DNA of 57,680 nt from an uncultured Akkermansia sp. (GCA_964655385.1 CAZZMY010000001.1:1-57680); one strand, 5' to 3'; positions 27,221-37,224 are shown, counted from the stretch's first letter. Translations and numbers: made by a program. Notes: generated by a model not told the origin, from the letters alone.

Positions 27221-27256
27221 TCTTTCCACTCGAAACCTATCTTCCATACTAAATCC

Positions 27257-27712
27257 ATGATCGAGGGTCTACGTATCTTGCCCCTAGTCCAGCACTGCGA
27301 CGACCGCGGGCGGGTGATGGAAATTCTTCGCAAGGACGACCCTCATTTTCCGGGATTCGGACAGGCCTATTTCAGCTCCATTTACCCTGGAGTCGTCAAA
27401 GCCTGGCATGCTCACCAAAAACAAACGGATTGCATCTCGGTCATTCACGGCATGGCCAAAATTGCTTTTTTCGATGACCGCGCGGCCAGTCCAACCAAGG
27501 GGAAGACCCACAGCATTGTTGTGGGAGAACATCACCGGGTTCTGATTCAAATTCCCCCCGGCATTTTCCATGGTTTCAAGGCCATCTCCCCGGAGGAGGT
27601 TCTCCTGATCAACCTCCCCTCCGAACCTTACAACCGCAAGAATCCCGACGAAATTCGGCGACCCTGGAACGATCCCGCCATTGGCTTCCCGTGGGAAACT
27701 ACGTTTCGCTGA
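27257..27712 (+). CDS. rmlC: dTDP-4-dehydrorhamnose 3,5-epimerase family protein
   Basis: DDRG, VKAWHAH, DDRAASPT, IPPGIFHGF, WNDPAIGFPW. Confidence 0.85.
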   Translation: MIEGLRILPLVQHCDDRGRVMEILRKDDPHFPGFGQAYFSSIYPGVVKAWHAHQKQTDCISVIHGMAKIAFFDDRAASPTKGKTHSIVVGEHHRVLIQIPPGIFHGFKAISPEEVLLINLPSEPYNRKNPDEIRRPWNDPAIGFPWETTFR

Positions 27713-29606
27713 ACTTTTTCGGGCTCAACGTTTCCAAGATCTTTTCGTACTCGTCCGTGACCTTTTCCCAATTGTAATGGTTCCGGGCACGCTCCAAGGC
27801 TGCCGCTCTTAGTTTCTCTCTTTCCGCAGGCTGGGCGATCAACTCATTCAGTCGTGCGGCCAGGCTGCTTTCCGCATTCACAGGCCCAAAAGGCAATCCG
27901 GCTTTTCCAATGACCTCCCGGGTTGCGGCACAGTCGTGATAAACGATGGCACTGCCAAATCCCATCTGGTCGAGAAGCACCAAGCGCGTGGCCTCGACTG
28001 TGCCCGGCAGAACAAAAATTCCACATTTCGAACTCAACTCCCGGTACCCGTCCCCATAAATCGGCCCGGCCAAAAGGATCCGACTCTTGGCTATTTTTTG
28101 CAGCTCGTGGCCATACTCCGTCTCGTATCCCGCCCCTCCGACAATCACACAGGGCCAATCTCCCTCAACCTTTTGGTAGGCCCGAATCAACAGATCCGGC
28201 CGATTTTCCGGGGTTAATCGGCCGGCATAAAGGACATACCTGCCCTCCTGCAGTCCCAGTCGCCGAAGCGCATCCGTTCCCACCTTTTTGGGTTGGTCCG
28301 GAGCTCCGTAGGAAAGATAGGTCGTTTGGAATCCGTAATCCCTTTCATAGCGAGTCACCACGGTCCGATTGTCGGCAATGACCACATCACTCAACTTGGT
28401 CGCCCACTCCTCACTTTGCTTCAGCCACCAGCGGGCAAAGGGATGCCATTTCTGTCTGCGGAAATCATCCCCGTCCACGTTCACAATCACCCGGCTTCCC
28501 GCCAATTTGAGGATGCCGGCTAAAATAGAGTTCCCAACCCCGCAGAGGTAGACGACATCAAATTTCCGCACCGCCGCATGAATCACAGCCAACAGGGTGT
28601 GGGTGATCGTTTCCAAGCTTTTCGTCTGGATGCTGGGCAAATAGGCAATCCTCATCCCGCGGTAGGTGGCCGGTCGTTCCGGATAAAGATGTGAGCGATT
28701 ATAGACCGTGACCGCATGCCCACGCAGAGCCAAACGCGCCCCCAGCTCCTCGACCAAGGTCTCAAAACCGGAATATCTGGCCGGCACACCCCGACACCCC
28801 AAAAAGGCCACCGTCTGTTTCCCCGGCATGGAAATCCCGGCGTCATCCCCCCTCACCCCAAAAAGTCGCTCCAAAGCGGTGTAATATAAAAAGAGAGAGT
28901 TGAACTTAAGGTATCGGGGGAGCAACCGCCTCGGCTCTTGCCAGAGTCGGTATAACCAGGTCAACCCCGCCTTCTGCATCCAGGCTGGGGCAAAAGCCCG
29001 CCGTCCCGCCAACAACTCGAATGCATCTCCCACCGCCAAAAAAACTCCCTTGGAATGACGTCCCAGATTTTTTGCAATCCATCGCTCCTGCCGATCCCCT
29101 CCCAGAGCCACCCAGATAAAGTCGGCGCCGGAATTTCGGATGATCTCGGCAAACTCAACCTCATCTTTTTCCGTCCACTTACGGAATGGGGGAGAGAAAG
29201 TGCCAACGATATCGACCTCGGGCTGAATCTGACGACACGCCTCGCTTAGCTGGCGCAAACAAGTTTCGGTTCCTCCGAAAAAGAAATGTTTCCACGGACG
29301 GGGAAACCCTCGGATCGCTTCTTGCATGAGATACGGGCCATAGACCCGGTCTTTCAAGTCTGCCCCCTTTCGCCGCATCGCCCACACCAACGGCATCCCG
29401 TCCGGCAACAAGACGTCGAACTTTTGCAAGACCGCCCGAAAATCCGGCTCCTGCCTCGCCAGCGCGATAATATGCGTGTTGCACGCCGCCACTGCCGTGG
29501 GCTGCCCGCTTCGGCTCAACTCTTCGAGTTTTCCCACTCCGTGCAGGTAGTCGGTTGAGGCCAAGGCAATTCCTAGAACTGGGGTGGTTTTTTTTGTGAC
29601 GTTCAT
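27699..29606 (-). CDS. Fused WecB/TagA/CpsF (GT26) and GT4 (DUF1972/WchF-like) glycosyltransferase
   Basis: N-half PDGMPLVW, RVYGP, WVALG, RQE, WLYRLWQEPRRL; C-half GCRGVPARYSGFET, NVDG, GRLTPEN. Confidence 0.92.
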   Translation of the reverse strand: MNVTKKTTPVLGIALASTDYLHGVGKLEELSRSGQPTAVAACNTHIIALARQEPDFRAVLQKFDVLLPDGMPLVWAMRRKGADLKDRVYGPYLMQEAIRGFPRPWKHFFFGGTETCLRQLSEACRQIQPEVDIVGTFSPPFRKWTEKDEVEFAEIIRNSGADFIWVALGGDRQERWIAKNLGRHSKGVFLAVGDAFELLAGRRAFAPAWMQKAGLTWLYRLWQEPRRLLPRYLKFNSLFLYYTALERLFGVRGDDAGISMPGKQTVAFLGCRGVPARYSGFETLVEELGARLALRGHAVTVYNRSHLYPERPATYRGMRIAYLPSIQTKSLETITHTLLAVIHAAVRKFDVVYLCGVGNSILAGILKLAGSRVIVNVDGDDFRRQKWHPFARWWLKQSEEWATKLSDVVIADNRTVVTRYERDYGFQTTYLSYGAPDQPKKVGTDALRRLGLQEGRYVLYAGRLTPENRPDLLIRAYQKVEGDWPCVIVGGAGYETEYGHELQKIAKSRILLAGPIYGDGYRELSSKCGIFVLPGTVEATRLVLLDQMGFGSAIVYHDCAATREVIGKAGLPFGPVNAESSLAARLNELIAQPAEREKLRAAALERARNHYNWEKVTDEYEKILETLSPKKFSET

Positions 29607-29644
29607 GGCAAGTATAGCCCCCTAGGCCGACACCCCAGCCCCCA

Positions 29645-31069
29645 TTACCTTGAGGCCGCTGCCCCGATCGCCAGAGCCAGAAAGAGCAATATCCAACTCC
29701 CCCGATCCTTGAGGGCAAACAGAACCGGATCTTCCGGCATCTCCCCCCGCAAAGTTTTAAGCCATATCCGAATAACCCAATAAAAGAAAATCGGACAAAG
29801 CAACCATAGGAGCTGGGGTTGCGCATAAAGAATTCTGACATCCGGGCTGTTAACATAAAGGGCGGCCACCAGAACAGACACCACCCCGCTTGAAATTCCG
29901 ATAGCGGAAATAGCCTCTAAATCTCCAACTCCGTAACCCCTCCCTTCCGCCCTAAGCTTTTTCTCCCCCTTCAAACGATGAAGTTCACTCACCCGCTTCA
30001 CACAGGCGAGGCTTAGAAACAGAAAAATTGCATACCCCAGAAGCCAGGGACTGCAGACAATTTCCTCGGCAGCTCCACCGGCCAGAATCCGTAGGGTGTA
30101 GAATGAAGCAAGCCCGATCAAGTCCAGGCCAGCCTTGCTTTTCGCCCAGAAATTATAGGCCACCGCCACCACCAAATAAGCCAAGGCATAAAAAAAGAAA
30201 GCGGTGCCAAGCCACCAACCTGCCGCCAAGGCGAATACCAAAAGCAAGATGGCCAACAACAGGGCCTCCGGAATTTTTAGATCCCCATGCGCCAGGGGTC
30301 GCGTCCTTTTTTGGGGATGCCTCCGGTCTGCCTCGAGGTCGTGAAGATCATTGAGCAGATAGACTGCCGAGGATAAAAAACTGAAAGTCACCATGGCTTC
30401 GATGGCCAACCCCCACTTAGCTGGCTGATTCCACGCATGAGCTGAAAAAAGTGGTACCAGCAGGAGAAGGTTTTTGATCCATTGATGCGTCCGGAGTCCT
30501 TTCCAAGCGGACACCTGGAAAGAGGGAAGGGGGGAAATTACCTCTAGCTTAGGATTGGCTCGCAAAGCCCGGCGAACCATGCCGGGCCTGGCCCCTACCA
30601 CGGCCCCCCGATCGGCTCCATGAAAAACAGCTAAGTCGGCTGCGCGATCACCAAAATAGTCATACCCCCGCATCCCAAATTTTTTTAAGAGAAAAGACTT
30701 TTTAGCCAAAGTAAGATTGGCTCCTGGAGAACTTCCCCCATGCCCCTCTTTATCCTGCAAACCCAAACGCCGGGCTGTTTGGTTGACCACGGTTTGGGGA
30801 GCGCCGGACACAAGATACACCGGACGTCCCTTCTTTTTTTCCCGGCGGATGATCTGCACCAGCTCCTCTCTCAGGGGAAGGCTTTCCACTTCGAGACCGG
30901 CCTCGGCCTGGAGCCAGCACTTCAGGTCAGCACGGCCCCGAAGCAGGTGCAGCATGAGTTCGGGAATCTTGGTTGGTTTTTGGAGGACAATCATCCGCAG
31001 ATTCTCCCATGCCGTGTCCACTGGGAACAAAGTGCCGTCCAAATCCATCACGAGGGGCTTGCGCCTCAT
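29645..31069 (-). CDS. HAD-UbiA fusion, polyprenyl-phosphate phosphoribosyltransferase-like
   Basis: N-terminal DLDGTL (HAD); RTHQWIKN, NDLHDLEADRRHPQKRTRP, KRVSE and EDPVLFALKD (DPPR-synthase-type UbiA). Confidence 0.9.
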   Translation of the reverse strand: MRRKPLVMDLDGTLFPVDTAWENLRMIVLQKPTKIPELMLHLLRGRADLKCWLQAEAGLEVESLPLREELVQIIRREKKKGRPVYLVSGAPQTVVNQTARRLGLQDKEGHGGSSPGANLTLAKKSFLLKKFGMRGYDYFGDRAADLAVFHGADRGAVVGARPGMVRRALRANPKLEVISPLPSFQVSAWKGLRTHQWIKNLLLLVPLFSAHAWNQPAKWGLAIEAMVTFSFLSSAVYLLNDLHDLEADRRHPQKRTRPLAHGDLKIPEALLLAILLLVFALAAGWWLGTAFFFYALAYLVVAVAYNFWAKSKAGLDLIGLASFYTLRILAGGAAEEIVCSPWLLGYAIFLFLSLACVKRVSELHRLKGEKKLRAEGRGYGVGDLEAISAIGISSGVVSVLVAALYVNSPDVRILYAQPQLLWLLCPIFFYWVIRIWLKTLRGEMPEDPVLFALKDRGSWILLFLALAIGAAASR

Positions 31070-31150
31070 ACTTCTCCAAGTTGCCAGACTTAAGTAAAAG
31101 GTCGAGGATTGGGCTCCTTGAGACTGAGAAGTGATCTTTTGCCTTGGGCC

Positions 31151-32554
31151 ATGATTTCCTTATGGCTGTTTTCCGCACCTTTCTGGATCAAAAAGGAAAG
31201 CCTGTGGATTGACGAGGCAGGCAGTGCCGTGAAAACTTTGTCGGAATCCCCGCTCGGGGTGTGGGAGGAGCTTTGGGCGGAGAAAAATAGCAACCTACAT
31301 CTCCCAGCATACCATTACTACCTTTGGGGATTTGCCCGCTTGTTCGGCCGGAGCGAATATGCACTCCGCCTTTCGAATCTCCCCTGGATGTTGACCGGTT
31401 TCGTTCTGCTGGTTTTGGGGTCCGCCCCAAGGAAACGCCCCGCACAGGCACGATGGTTGACCCTCTTTCTCATCACCAGCCCTTTCTTGTTCTATTACAC
31501 CAATGAGGTCCGGCCATATGCCATGCAATTTGGGTTAGCTGTTTTGGCCTTCGTCGGAATGATCCGTGTTTTGTCTGATCCACGGCCATCTTTCTGGGCG
31601 TGGTTCATGGCGAGTGGAGCCGTGCTCCTTGCTTGGACCACCATCTATGGGCTCGCCTGGTGGTTGGTCATCCTGCCGTTTTGGTTGGGCAAAACCCCCA
31701 GTCAAAAAAAGGTTGAGCAGCAAAATGCCGTCACCGTTTTTCTGCTGGCGGGCGGTCTTAGCGCCCTGCTCTTCCACGCTTGGATTCTTTCCGCGGGGGC
31801 CAAAGCTTCACCGGTGGGGGAAACCGGGCTGACCTCCTTGGGCTACGCTTTTTGTGAATGGACCGGCGGAGCCGGTTTTCTTCCCGGAAGGTCACAGCTT
31901 CGTTCCGGCATCATGCCCCAGGCAAAGGAATTGGGTCTGGCCGGCTTATGCGCAGGTTTGACCTTTCTGCTTTTGGTTGTTGGCCTTGTCCAAAGCAGAA
32001 ACATGCGTGGGGGGGGGCTTTTCCCATCTGCTTGGGTTTTTCCTTCGTTTGGTATTTTGGCCTCCGGTATTTTGCGTAAATTTCGGCTGGTCGGACGTCA
32101 TTTCACTCCGGTGGCCCCATCTTTTTTCTGGTTTCTGTCCTTGGGCCCCCAAAGCCGCCCCCGATGGCACTGGACCCGAGTATCCGCGATTTCTCTTTTG
32201 GGCCTTTGGGTTTTCAGCGACTACCGCCTGGCCACCGAAGCTTCCTTTCGGAAGGACGATTACCGCGCGGCGGCCCATTATATCCTCGGGAATAGAGATG
32301 GGACGGAAGTAGTCTGGTGGGCCGCCGATAGTGCCGCCGCGCGATTTTATGGTGTCCAGCCTGTCTTACCACTGATGAGCTTGAGCGAGGCCTCTCTCAA
32401 AACCATGCCGCCACCCACCTGGGTTGTTTTGTCCAAGCCCGATATCTACGACGGAAATTCCTCCATCCGGAAATTCCTCCATGCCCAAGCTGCCGAAAAG
32501 GTGGCTTCTTATCAGGCTCTCGAAATTTTTCGATGCAGATCAAAAAGTTTTTGA
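31151..32554 (+). CDS. GT-C superfamily membrane glycosyltransferase (PMT_2/GT39-like)
   Basis: SLWIDE, LRLSN, EVRPYAM; many TM segments and a periplasmic C-terminal domain (DYRAAA). Alternative TTG start at 31109. Confidence 0.85.
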   Translation: MISLWLFSAPFWIKKESLWIDEAGSAVKTLSESPLGVWEELWAEKNSNLHLPAYHYYLWGFARLFGRSEYALRLSNLPWMLTGFVLLVLGSAPRKRPAQARWLTLFLITSPFLFYYTNEVRPYAMQFGLAVLAFVGMIRVLSDPRPSFWAWFMASGAVLLAWTTIYGLAWWLVILPFWLGKTPSQKKVEQQNAVTVFLLAGGLSALLFHAWILSAGAKASPVGETGLTSLGYAFCEWTGGAGFLPGRSQLRSGIMPQAKELGLAGLCAGLTFLLLVVGLVQSRNMRGGGLFPSAWVFPSFGILASGILRKFRLVGRHFTPVAPSFFWFLSLGPQSRPRWHWTRVSAISLLGLWVFSDYRLATEASFRKDDYRAAAHYILGNRDGTEVVWWAADSAAARFYGVQPVLPLMSLSEASLKTMPPPTWVVLSKPDIYDGNSSIRKFLHAQAAEKVASYQALEIFRCRSKSF

Positions 32555-32612
32555 TTTCTGCCCCCCAACTTGTGTTGAAAATCCCTTCTCCCGGCTGGCG
32601 GAGATCACCATA

Positions 32613-32747
32613 ATGCGCAGGGTGAAAGTTCTTATTGCGGGGATTTGTGGTTTTGTGGGGTCCACTTTGGCCCGGGACCTTGCCTCGACCACACCCCGGC
32701 CGGAAATTTGGGGATTGGTCATTTCTTCCACCCCTTCCATCGGTTAA
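32613..32747 (+). pseudogene. Truncated N-terminal fragment of an NDP-sugar epimerase/dehydratase
   Basis: VKVLIAGICGFVGSTLA...EIWGL has a GxxGxxG Rossmann motif but stops after 44 codons; the flippase gene starts 13 nt later. Confidence 0.7.
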
Positions 32748-32760
32748 ATTCCCCTCTGCG

Positions 32761-34221
32761 ATGAAGCTGGAACAAGCCACCGCCTGGAGCCTGACCCCTA
32801 TTTTGCTTTTGACCATTTTGAGTCTGGTCACCGTCCCCATCTACTATCACTCCTTTGGCCCGGAAATGTATGCCCTTTGGTTTGCCGTTCAAACCATGAC
32901 CGGATCCTTTGGCTTTATGGATTTGGGCATGGGGGTCGCCACCGGACGCTTTGTGGGAGTGGCCCTCGGCCGGGGAGATTTTGCCGCGGCCCGGGAATAC
33001 TGGGCCTCTGGCAACGTGGTGAACCTTGCTTTTCTTGGCGCCATGGCACTCGTTTTCGGGCTCCTAGGATCGTTCGGCGGCGCCCAGTGGTTTCAGGCGG
33101 TGCAATTTGATCGTTCCGTTTTTCTGGGATGTGTTTGGGCTAGCGCCGCGGGACTTTTTGTTAACTACTACTCCCAAGGCTGGCAGATTTTGCTACAGGC
33201 TCACCTTGAGTTTCGCTGGTTAGCAATCAACCGCAGTTTCTTCTCCCTGATTACGGGCCTCGGCATGGCCGTCTTGGCTTGGCTGTTTCACAAGCCTTTT
33301 CCATCGATTCTATTTGGAGTGGGCATCGGGATTCTTCAAATGGCCTCTTTGATGGCGCGGGCTCATCAAAAGCATCAGATGGGTCCCTCTCTGCAATACG
33401 CGCGCTGGACCCGATTAAGGGAAATGTTTTCCTACACCGGAAAAACTTTTTTATCCCTGATAACCGGCTCGGTTTTGGGGTCGCTGGATCGTTGGGTTTT
33501 GGGGCGGGTGGCTGGAGCCGCCCCTTTTGTCTCCTACAACGTGGCCTCGAATTTGGCCTCACGCGCGCAGGGACTGAGTGTTGCGGTAATGGGCCCAATA
33601 TTTCATGAGAGCAGCCGGGGAGTCGGTTGCCAAGACATGCCCCGTTTGGCTGATATTTATCGAAGGTCGCTCGCCCTGCTGGCCCCTATTTACATTCTCC
33701 CCTCCCTTTGGATCACATTTTGGCAGGCCCCATGGCTTGTTTTGTGGCTTGGGCCCGAATTGGGGGCCAAGGTTTCCGTGGTTCTTCCATATTTGATCTG
33801 GGCCGCCAGTCTTAGTGCTCTCGCCAACATCTCAGGCGCGCAGTTAGGTCCTCTCAATATGGTGGGCACGGGAACTATTATCCAATCCATCTCGTGGGCC
33901 TGCAGCGGCCTGCTAGTTTGGGCCGGTTGGCAGCTCTACGGATTGGAGGGGAGCGCCGCGGGCTTGTTAGCCGGCCGGGTCGTCCTTTTTTTTCAAGACG
34001 CTTTGGTGCGTAGAAGGATCCATGTCCATTTCCCGGCAACAAGCATGTTCAAGATGGTTGCAGCCTCCACCCTTGTCTGTTGGCTAACCCACTGGGGTGG
34101 TCTCTTTTGGGCCCCATCCACTATCTGGCCGCTTGTCATCAGCCTGATCTGTGGCGCTGGGCTTGGTTTGATTGGCTGGGTCACCAGACCGAATTTTCGA
34201 TTTCATGATTCTGCCCCATGA
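32761..34221 (+). CDS. Oligosaccharide flippase (Wzx/MOP family)
   Basis: Highly hydrophobic; FGPEMYALW, FMDLGMG, LDRWVLG, YNVA. Confidence 0.85.
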   Translation: MKLEQATAWSLTPILLLTILSLVTVPIYYHSFGPEMYALWFAVQTMTGSFGFMDLGMGVATGRFVGVALGRGDFAAAREYWASGNVVNLAFLGAMALVFGLLGSFGGAQWFQAVQFDRSVFLGCVWASAAGLFVNYYSQGWQILLQAHLEFRWLAINRSFFSLITGLGMAVLAWLFHKPFPSILFGVGIGILQMASLMARAHQKHQMGPSLQYARWTRLREMFSYTGKTFLSLITGSVLGSLDRWVLGRVAGAAPFVSYNVASNLASRAQGLSVAVMGPIFHESSRGVGCQDMPRLADIYRRSLALLAPIYILPSLWITFWQAPWLVLWLGPELGAKVSVVLPYLIWAASLSALANISGAQLGPLNMVGTGTIIQSISWACSGLLVWAGWQLYGLEGSAAGLLAGRVVLFFQDALVRRRIHVHFPATSMFKMVAASTLVCWLTHWGGLFWAPSTIWPLVISLICGAGLGLIGWVTRPNFRFHDSAP

Positions 34222-35522
34222 AAATTGCGGTTTTTCTTAATCAACTGGGCATTGGCGGAACCGAAAAAGCGGCCTGCGAATGGGTTCGCGAACTCTCCCT
34301 TCTTGCCGACTGCCAGATCATGTCGGTGATCTCGCTGCAGGACGGTCCCAGAAAAAAGGATTTGGAAAAGGCGGGGATCACAGTTCAGATCCAATCGACT
34401 GCCTCAGGCATAGCCGAGGCTTTGGACGGTATCGACGTGGTTCATGCCCATGCGCCGGGTTTTCCTCACGACGGAGACGTCCTTGGGGATGCTCTAAAAC
34501 TCTTGAGCAAGAAGATCCCCGTGGTGCAGACCAATATTTTCGGAAAGCTGGAAAATCCGCGCGAGAACGAATGGACAGACTTTCGTCTCTTTATCTCTTG
34601 GACTAGCTGTGTTCAGGCCGCCCGGAGATCTGGCCGTAAACTTGACCTTGATTTTTTCCGCCACCAGAGCGTGGCCTCCTACCCTGTTCCCCCCCTTTCG
34701 GAGACGGAGGAAGCACAAATCGAAAAACAGGCTTTGGCCTTTCGTAAAAGCATTGGCCTCCTTCCGAATCATGTTCTTTTCGGCCGCTTTTCCAGGCCGG
34801 AGCCCAACAAGTGGACCCCCATGATTCTTCCGGCTTTTTTGGATGCCCACCTCAAGAATACCAATCTCCGGCTTCTGCTGCGCGAACCTCCTGCTGAGGT
34901 CGCTTCCGACCTTCGATCGGCAAATCTTGCTTCCCTTGATCCAGCCTCTGCAAAATCCCACCCCATTCTGATTCTGCCAGCCACCTCTGACGCCCATGAA
35001 TTAGCCGTCAGTCAAATGGCCTGCGATGTGATTCTGCACACCTCCAGTATTGGCGAGAGTTTTGGCTATGGTATCGCTGAACCCATGAACCTGGGCAAAC
35101 CGGTGATCACCAATTCTGTGCCCTGGCATGACCAAGCTCAATTGGAACTCGTCCAGCATGGGGTTTGTGGTTGGGTGGCAAATTCTCGCTCCAATCTTCG
35201 TAAGGCGATTGATTCCTTGGCTCATGACCCAGCCCTCAGGGCAAGGTTTGGCCAATCAGGTCGCCAGCGCATCCAAAAGATCGCGGACCCAGAGAGATCC
35301 GCCCACAGACTCCGGTCAGCTTTATCCTGTGCGATGGAGGGCAGACCAAATCCGCATGTCACCGAGGATCTGGCCCACTCCGTTTTGGCGGCAAAGGAGT
35401 TGGATGATGCTCAGTGGGGCCATGGCTGGCGGGAAAAAAATGCGCTATCCGTGCATTCAACTTGGATCTCTTTTCTTCGATGGCAGAAAAAAATCCGCAC
35501 CGTCGGATCTTTGCGCCGATAG
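34218..35522 (+). CDS. Glycosyltransferase family 4
   Basis: LGIGGTEK, GESFGYGIAE. Confidence 0.87.
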   Translation: MKIAVFLNQLGIGGTEKAACEWVRELSLLADCQIMSVISLQDGPRKKDLEKAGITVQIQSTASGIAEALDGIDVVHAHAPGFPHDGDVLGDALKLLSKKIPVVQTNIFGKLENPRENEWTDFRLFISWTSCVQAARRSGRKLDLDFFRHQSVASYPVPPLSETEEAQIEKQALAFRKSIGLLPNHVLFGRFSRPEPNKWTPMILPAFLDAHLKNTNLRLLLREPPAEVASDLRSANLASLDPASAKSHPILILPATSDAHELAVSQMACDVILHTSSIGESFGYGIAEPMNLGKPVITNSVPWHDQAQLELVQHGVCGWVANSRSNLRKAIDSLAHDPALRARFGQSGRQRIQKIADPERSAHRLRSALSCAMEGRPNPHVTEDLAHSVLAAKELDDAQWGHGWREKNALSVHSTWISFLRWQKKIRTVGSLRR

Positions 35523-35554
35523 ACGCCGAAGGTCTAATAACCTACTTTTTCTTT

Positions 35555-36553
35555 ATGCCCAAGATTTCTTTGGTCGTTTGTCTTCACCGAGAAAAAGATC
35601 TCTTAGAGAGGTTACTCCAGCATGCGCAGGGTTGTTACGACGAGATTGTGGTGGTGCATGATGGGGCAGAATCACCGGCCCCGTCATCCTCCCAGACACG
35701 ACAACCCAGCCCTGAAATACTTTCTCTTTCCTTTCCCCAGGCCCCCCCCGCTCAAATGGCCCGCGAGTACGGGGAACTTTCGCGCGACTCTGTCCTGCCA
35801 CCGGGTTATCGATTACGGAACGAGGCTGGAGCGACCGGGACCATCCAAAAGCTGGTCCAGCAATACAAGGGATACTTCTTTGAAGGTCCCCGGTGTTTTC
35901 AGCAGGAGCCCCACTGGCCTTTTGCCTGGTGGATTGCGAGCCATGACTGGATTCTGCGGCTTGATGCGGACGAGTATCCATCGGATACCCTGCGGAGTTG
36001 GATCCAAGACTTTCGCATGAACCCCAAGCCCAAAATTGACTCCTCGGGCTTTACCGCCATTTGGCCACTATGGAATGGTCGCCAACCCTGCACTCGTCGA
36101 TGGCCTGCGGGACGCCTTTTTTTATTTAATAAACAAAAGGTTAGCTTTGTGGGGATGGTGGAACAAACTCCCGTCCCAGATACTTTTTTTCTTCCTACCG
36201 ACCGGACCTTGATCCATGCCCCGAAAAGAAAGAGTTACGGCCTTCGGAACATAGTTTTTCGAAAGCAGGCCTATGTCTGGCGTTCCAATATTGCCCGCTC
36301 TCTGCAACTGAGCCCGCTTCTCTTGCCTCGCTGGCGGTTTTCTTTTTCAGATTGGCCCAGCCCATGGCGGGAAAAGCTTCTCCATCCCGTTCGCTCGGCA
36401 CTCACCGCTCTTTTTTGGTATCCCCTATGCCAGGCCAGAGACATGCTCCGCTGGGAAAAGAAAGTCGACCTTTCTGCATGCCTGAATCCGGGGCTCCATC
36501 ATTTTCTGATGCAAATTGAAATTATCCGCCAGAAATACCGCCCCTCCCAATGA
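35555..36553 (+). CDS. Glycosyltransferase family 2-like with an internal insertion
   Basis: ISLVV, DEIVVVHDG, DWILRLDADE (DxD). Confidence 0.8.
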   Translation: MPKISLVVCLHREKDLLERLLQHAQGCYDEIVVVHDGAESPAPSSSQTRQPSPEILSLSFPQAPPAQMAREYGELSRDSVLPPGYRLRNEAGATGTIQKLVQQYKGYFFEGPRCFQQEPHWPFAWWIASHDWILRLDADEYPSDTLRSWIQDFRMNPKPKIDSSGFTAIWPLWNGRQPCTRRWPAGRLFLFNKQKVSFVGMVEQTPVPDTFFLPTDRTLIHAPKRKSYGLRNIVFRKQAYVWRSNIARSLQLSPLLLPRWRFSFSDWPSPWREKLLHPVRSALTALFWYPLCQARDMLRWEKKVDLSACLNPGLHHFLMQIEIIRQKYRPSQ

Positions 36554-37224
36554 TTCGTTTTTTCAAGGATTTGCGGCACCAGCTGTTTTACCGTGCGATT
36601 ACCCGACCGGTTCCCGGTCTTCTCACCCTTGGCGGGGAGTGCCCATGGACGATTTCACCCCATGGGTTGGGTCCCTCTTCCCGTGTCCTCTGCGCAGGCG
36701 CGGGGCACGATATTTCATTTGAGTTGGCGTTGTGGGAAAAGTTTTCTTGTCCCGTCTATCTGATGGACCCCTCTCCCACAGGAAAAAAAACATGGGCCAA
36801 TTCCCGGCATTTCGCGGAAGGGATTACCTTTCTCCCTTTTGCCCTTTCCGATCGTGACGGCGATATTCCTCTGGGAGAACCCCTGGACCCCGTCGAGGGC
36901 TCCTATCGGACCCTCCCGGGAAATAATGACCTTCAACTCCGCGTCCCCGCAAGGGGGATCACCTCTCTTTTGGTGGAGTGGGGCTGGAGTCACATCGATC
37001 TTCTTAAACTCGATATTGAGGGGGGAGAGTTTTGTGTTTTGGATGCTTTGCTCAAGTCCAAAATACCGGTTCGCCAGATTTGTGTTGAGTTACACCATGG
37101 GAAAGGCTTTTCCACACAGGGCAAGGATAGCGTACGCTTGATCCTACAACTCCTCTCCCACGGTTTTCGTTTGGTCCATCGATTACACTGGGATCACACC
37201 TTCGTACACCGAGGCTTCCTGTGA
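36550..37224 (+). CDS. FkbM family methyltransferase
   Basis: GAGHDISFE, IDLLKLDIEGGE, QICVELH. Confidence 0.88.
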   Translation: MIRFFKDLRHQLFYRAITRPVPGLLTLGGECPWTISPHGLGPSSRVLCAGAGHDISFELALWEKFSCPVYLMDPSPTGKKTWANSRHFAEGITFLPFALSDRDGDIPLGEPLDPVEGSYRTLPGNNDLQLRVPARGITSLLVEWGWSHIDLLKLDIEGGEFCVLDALLKSKIPVRQICVELHHGKGFSTQGKDSVRLILQLLSHGFRLVHRLHWDHTFVHRGFL

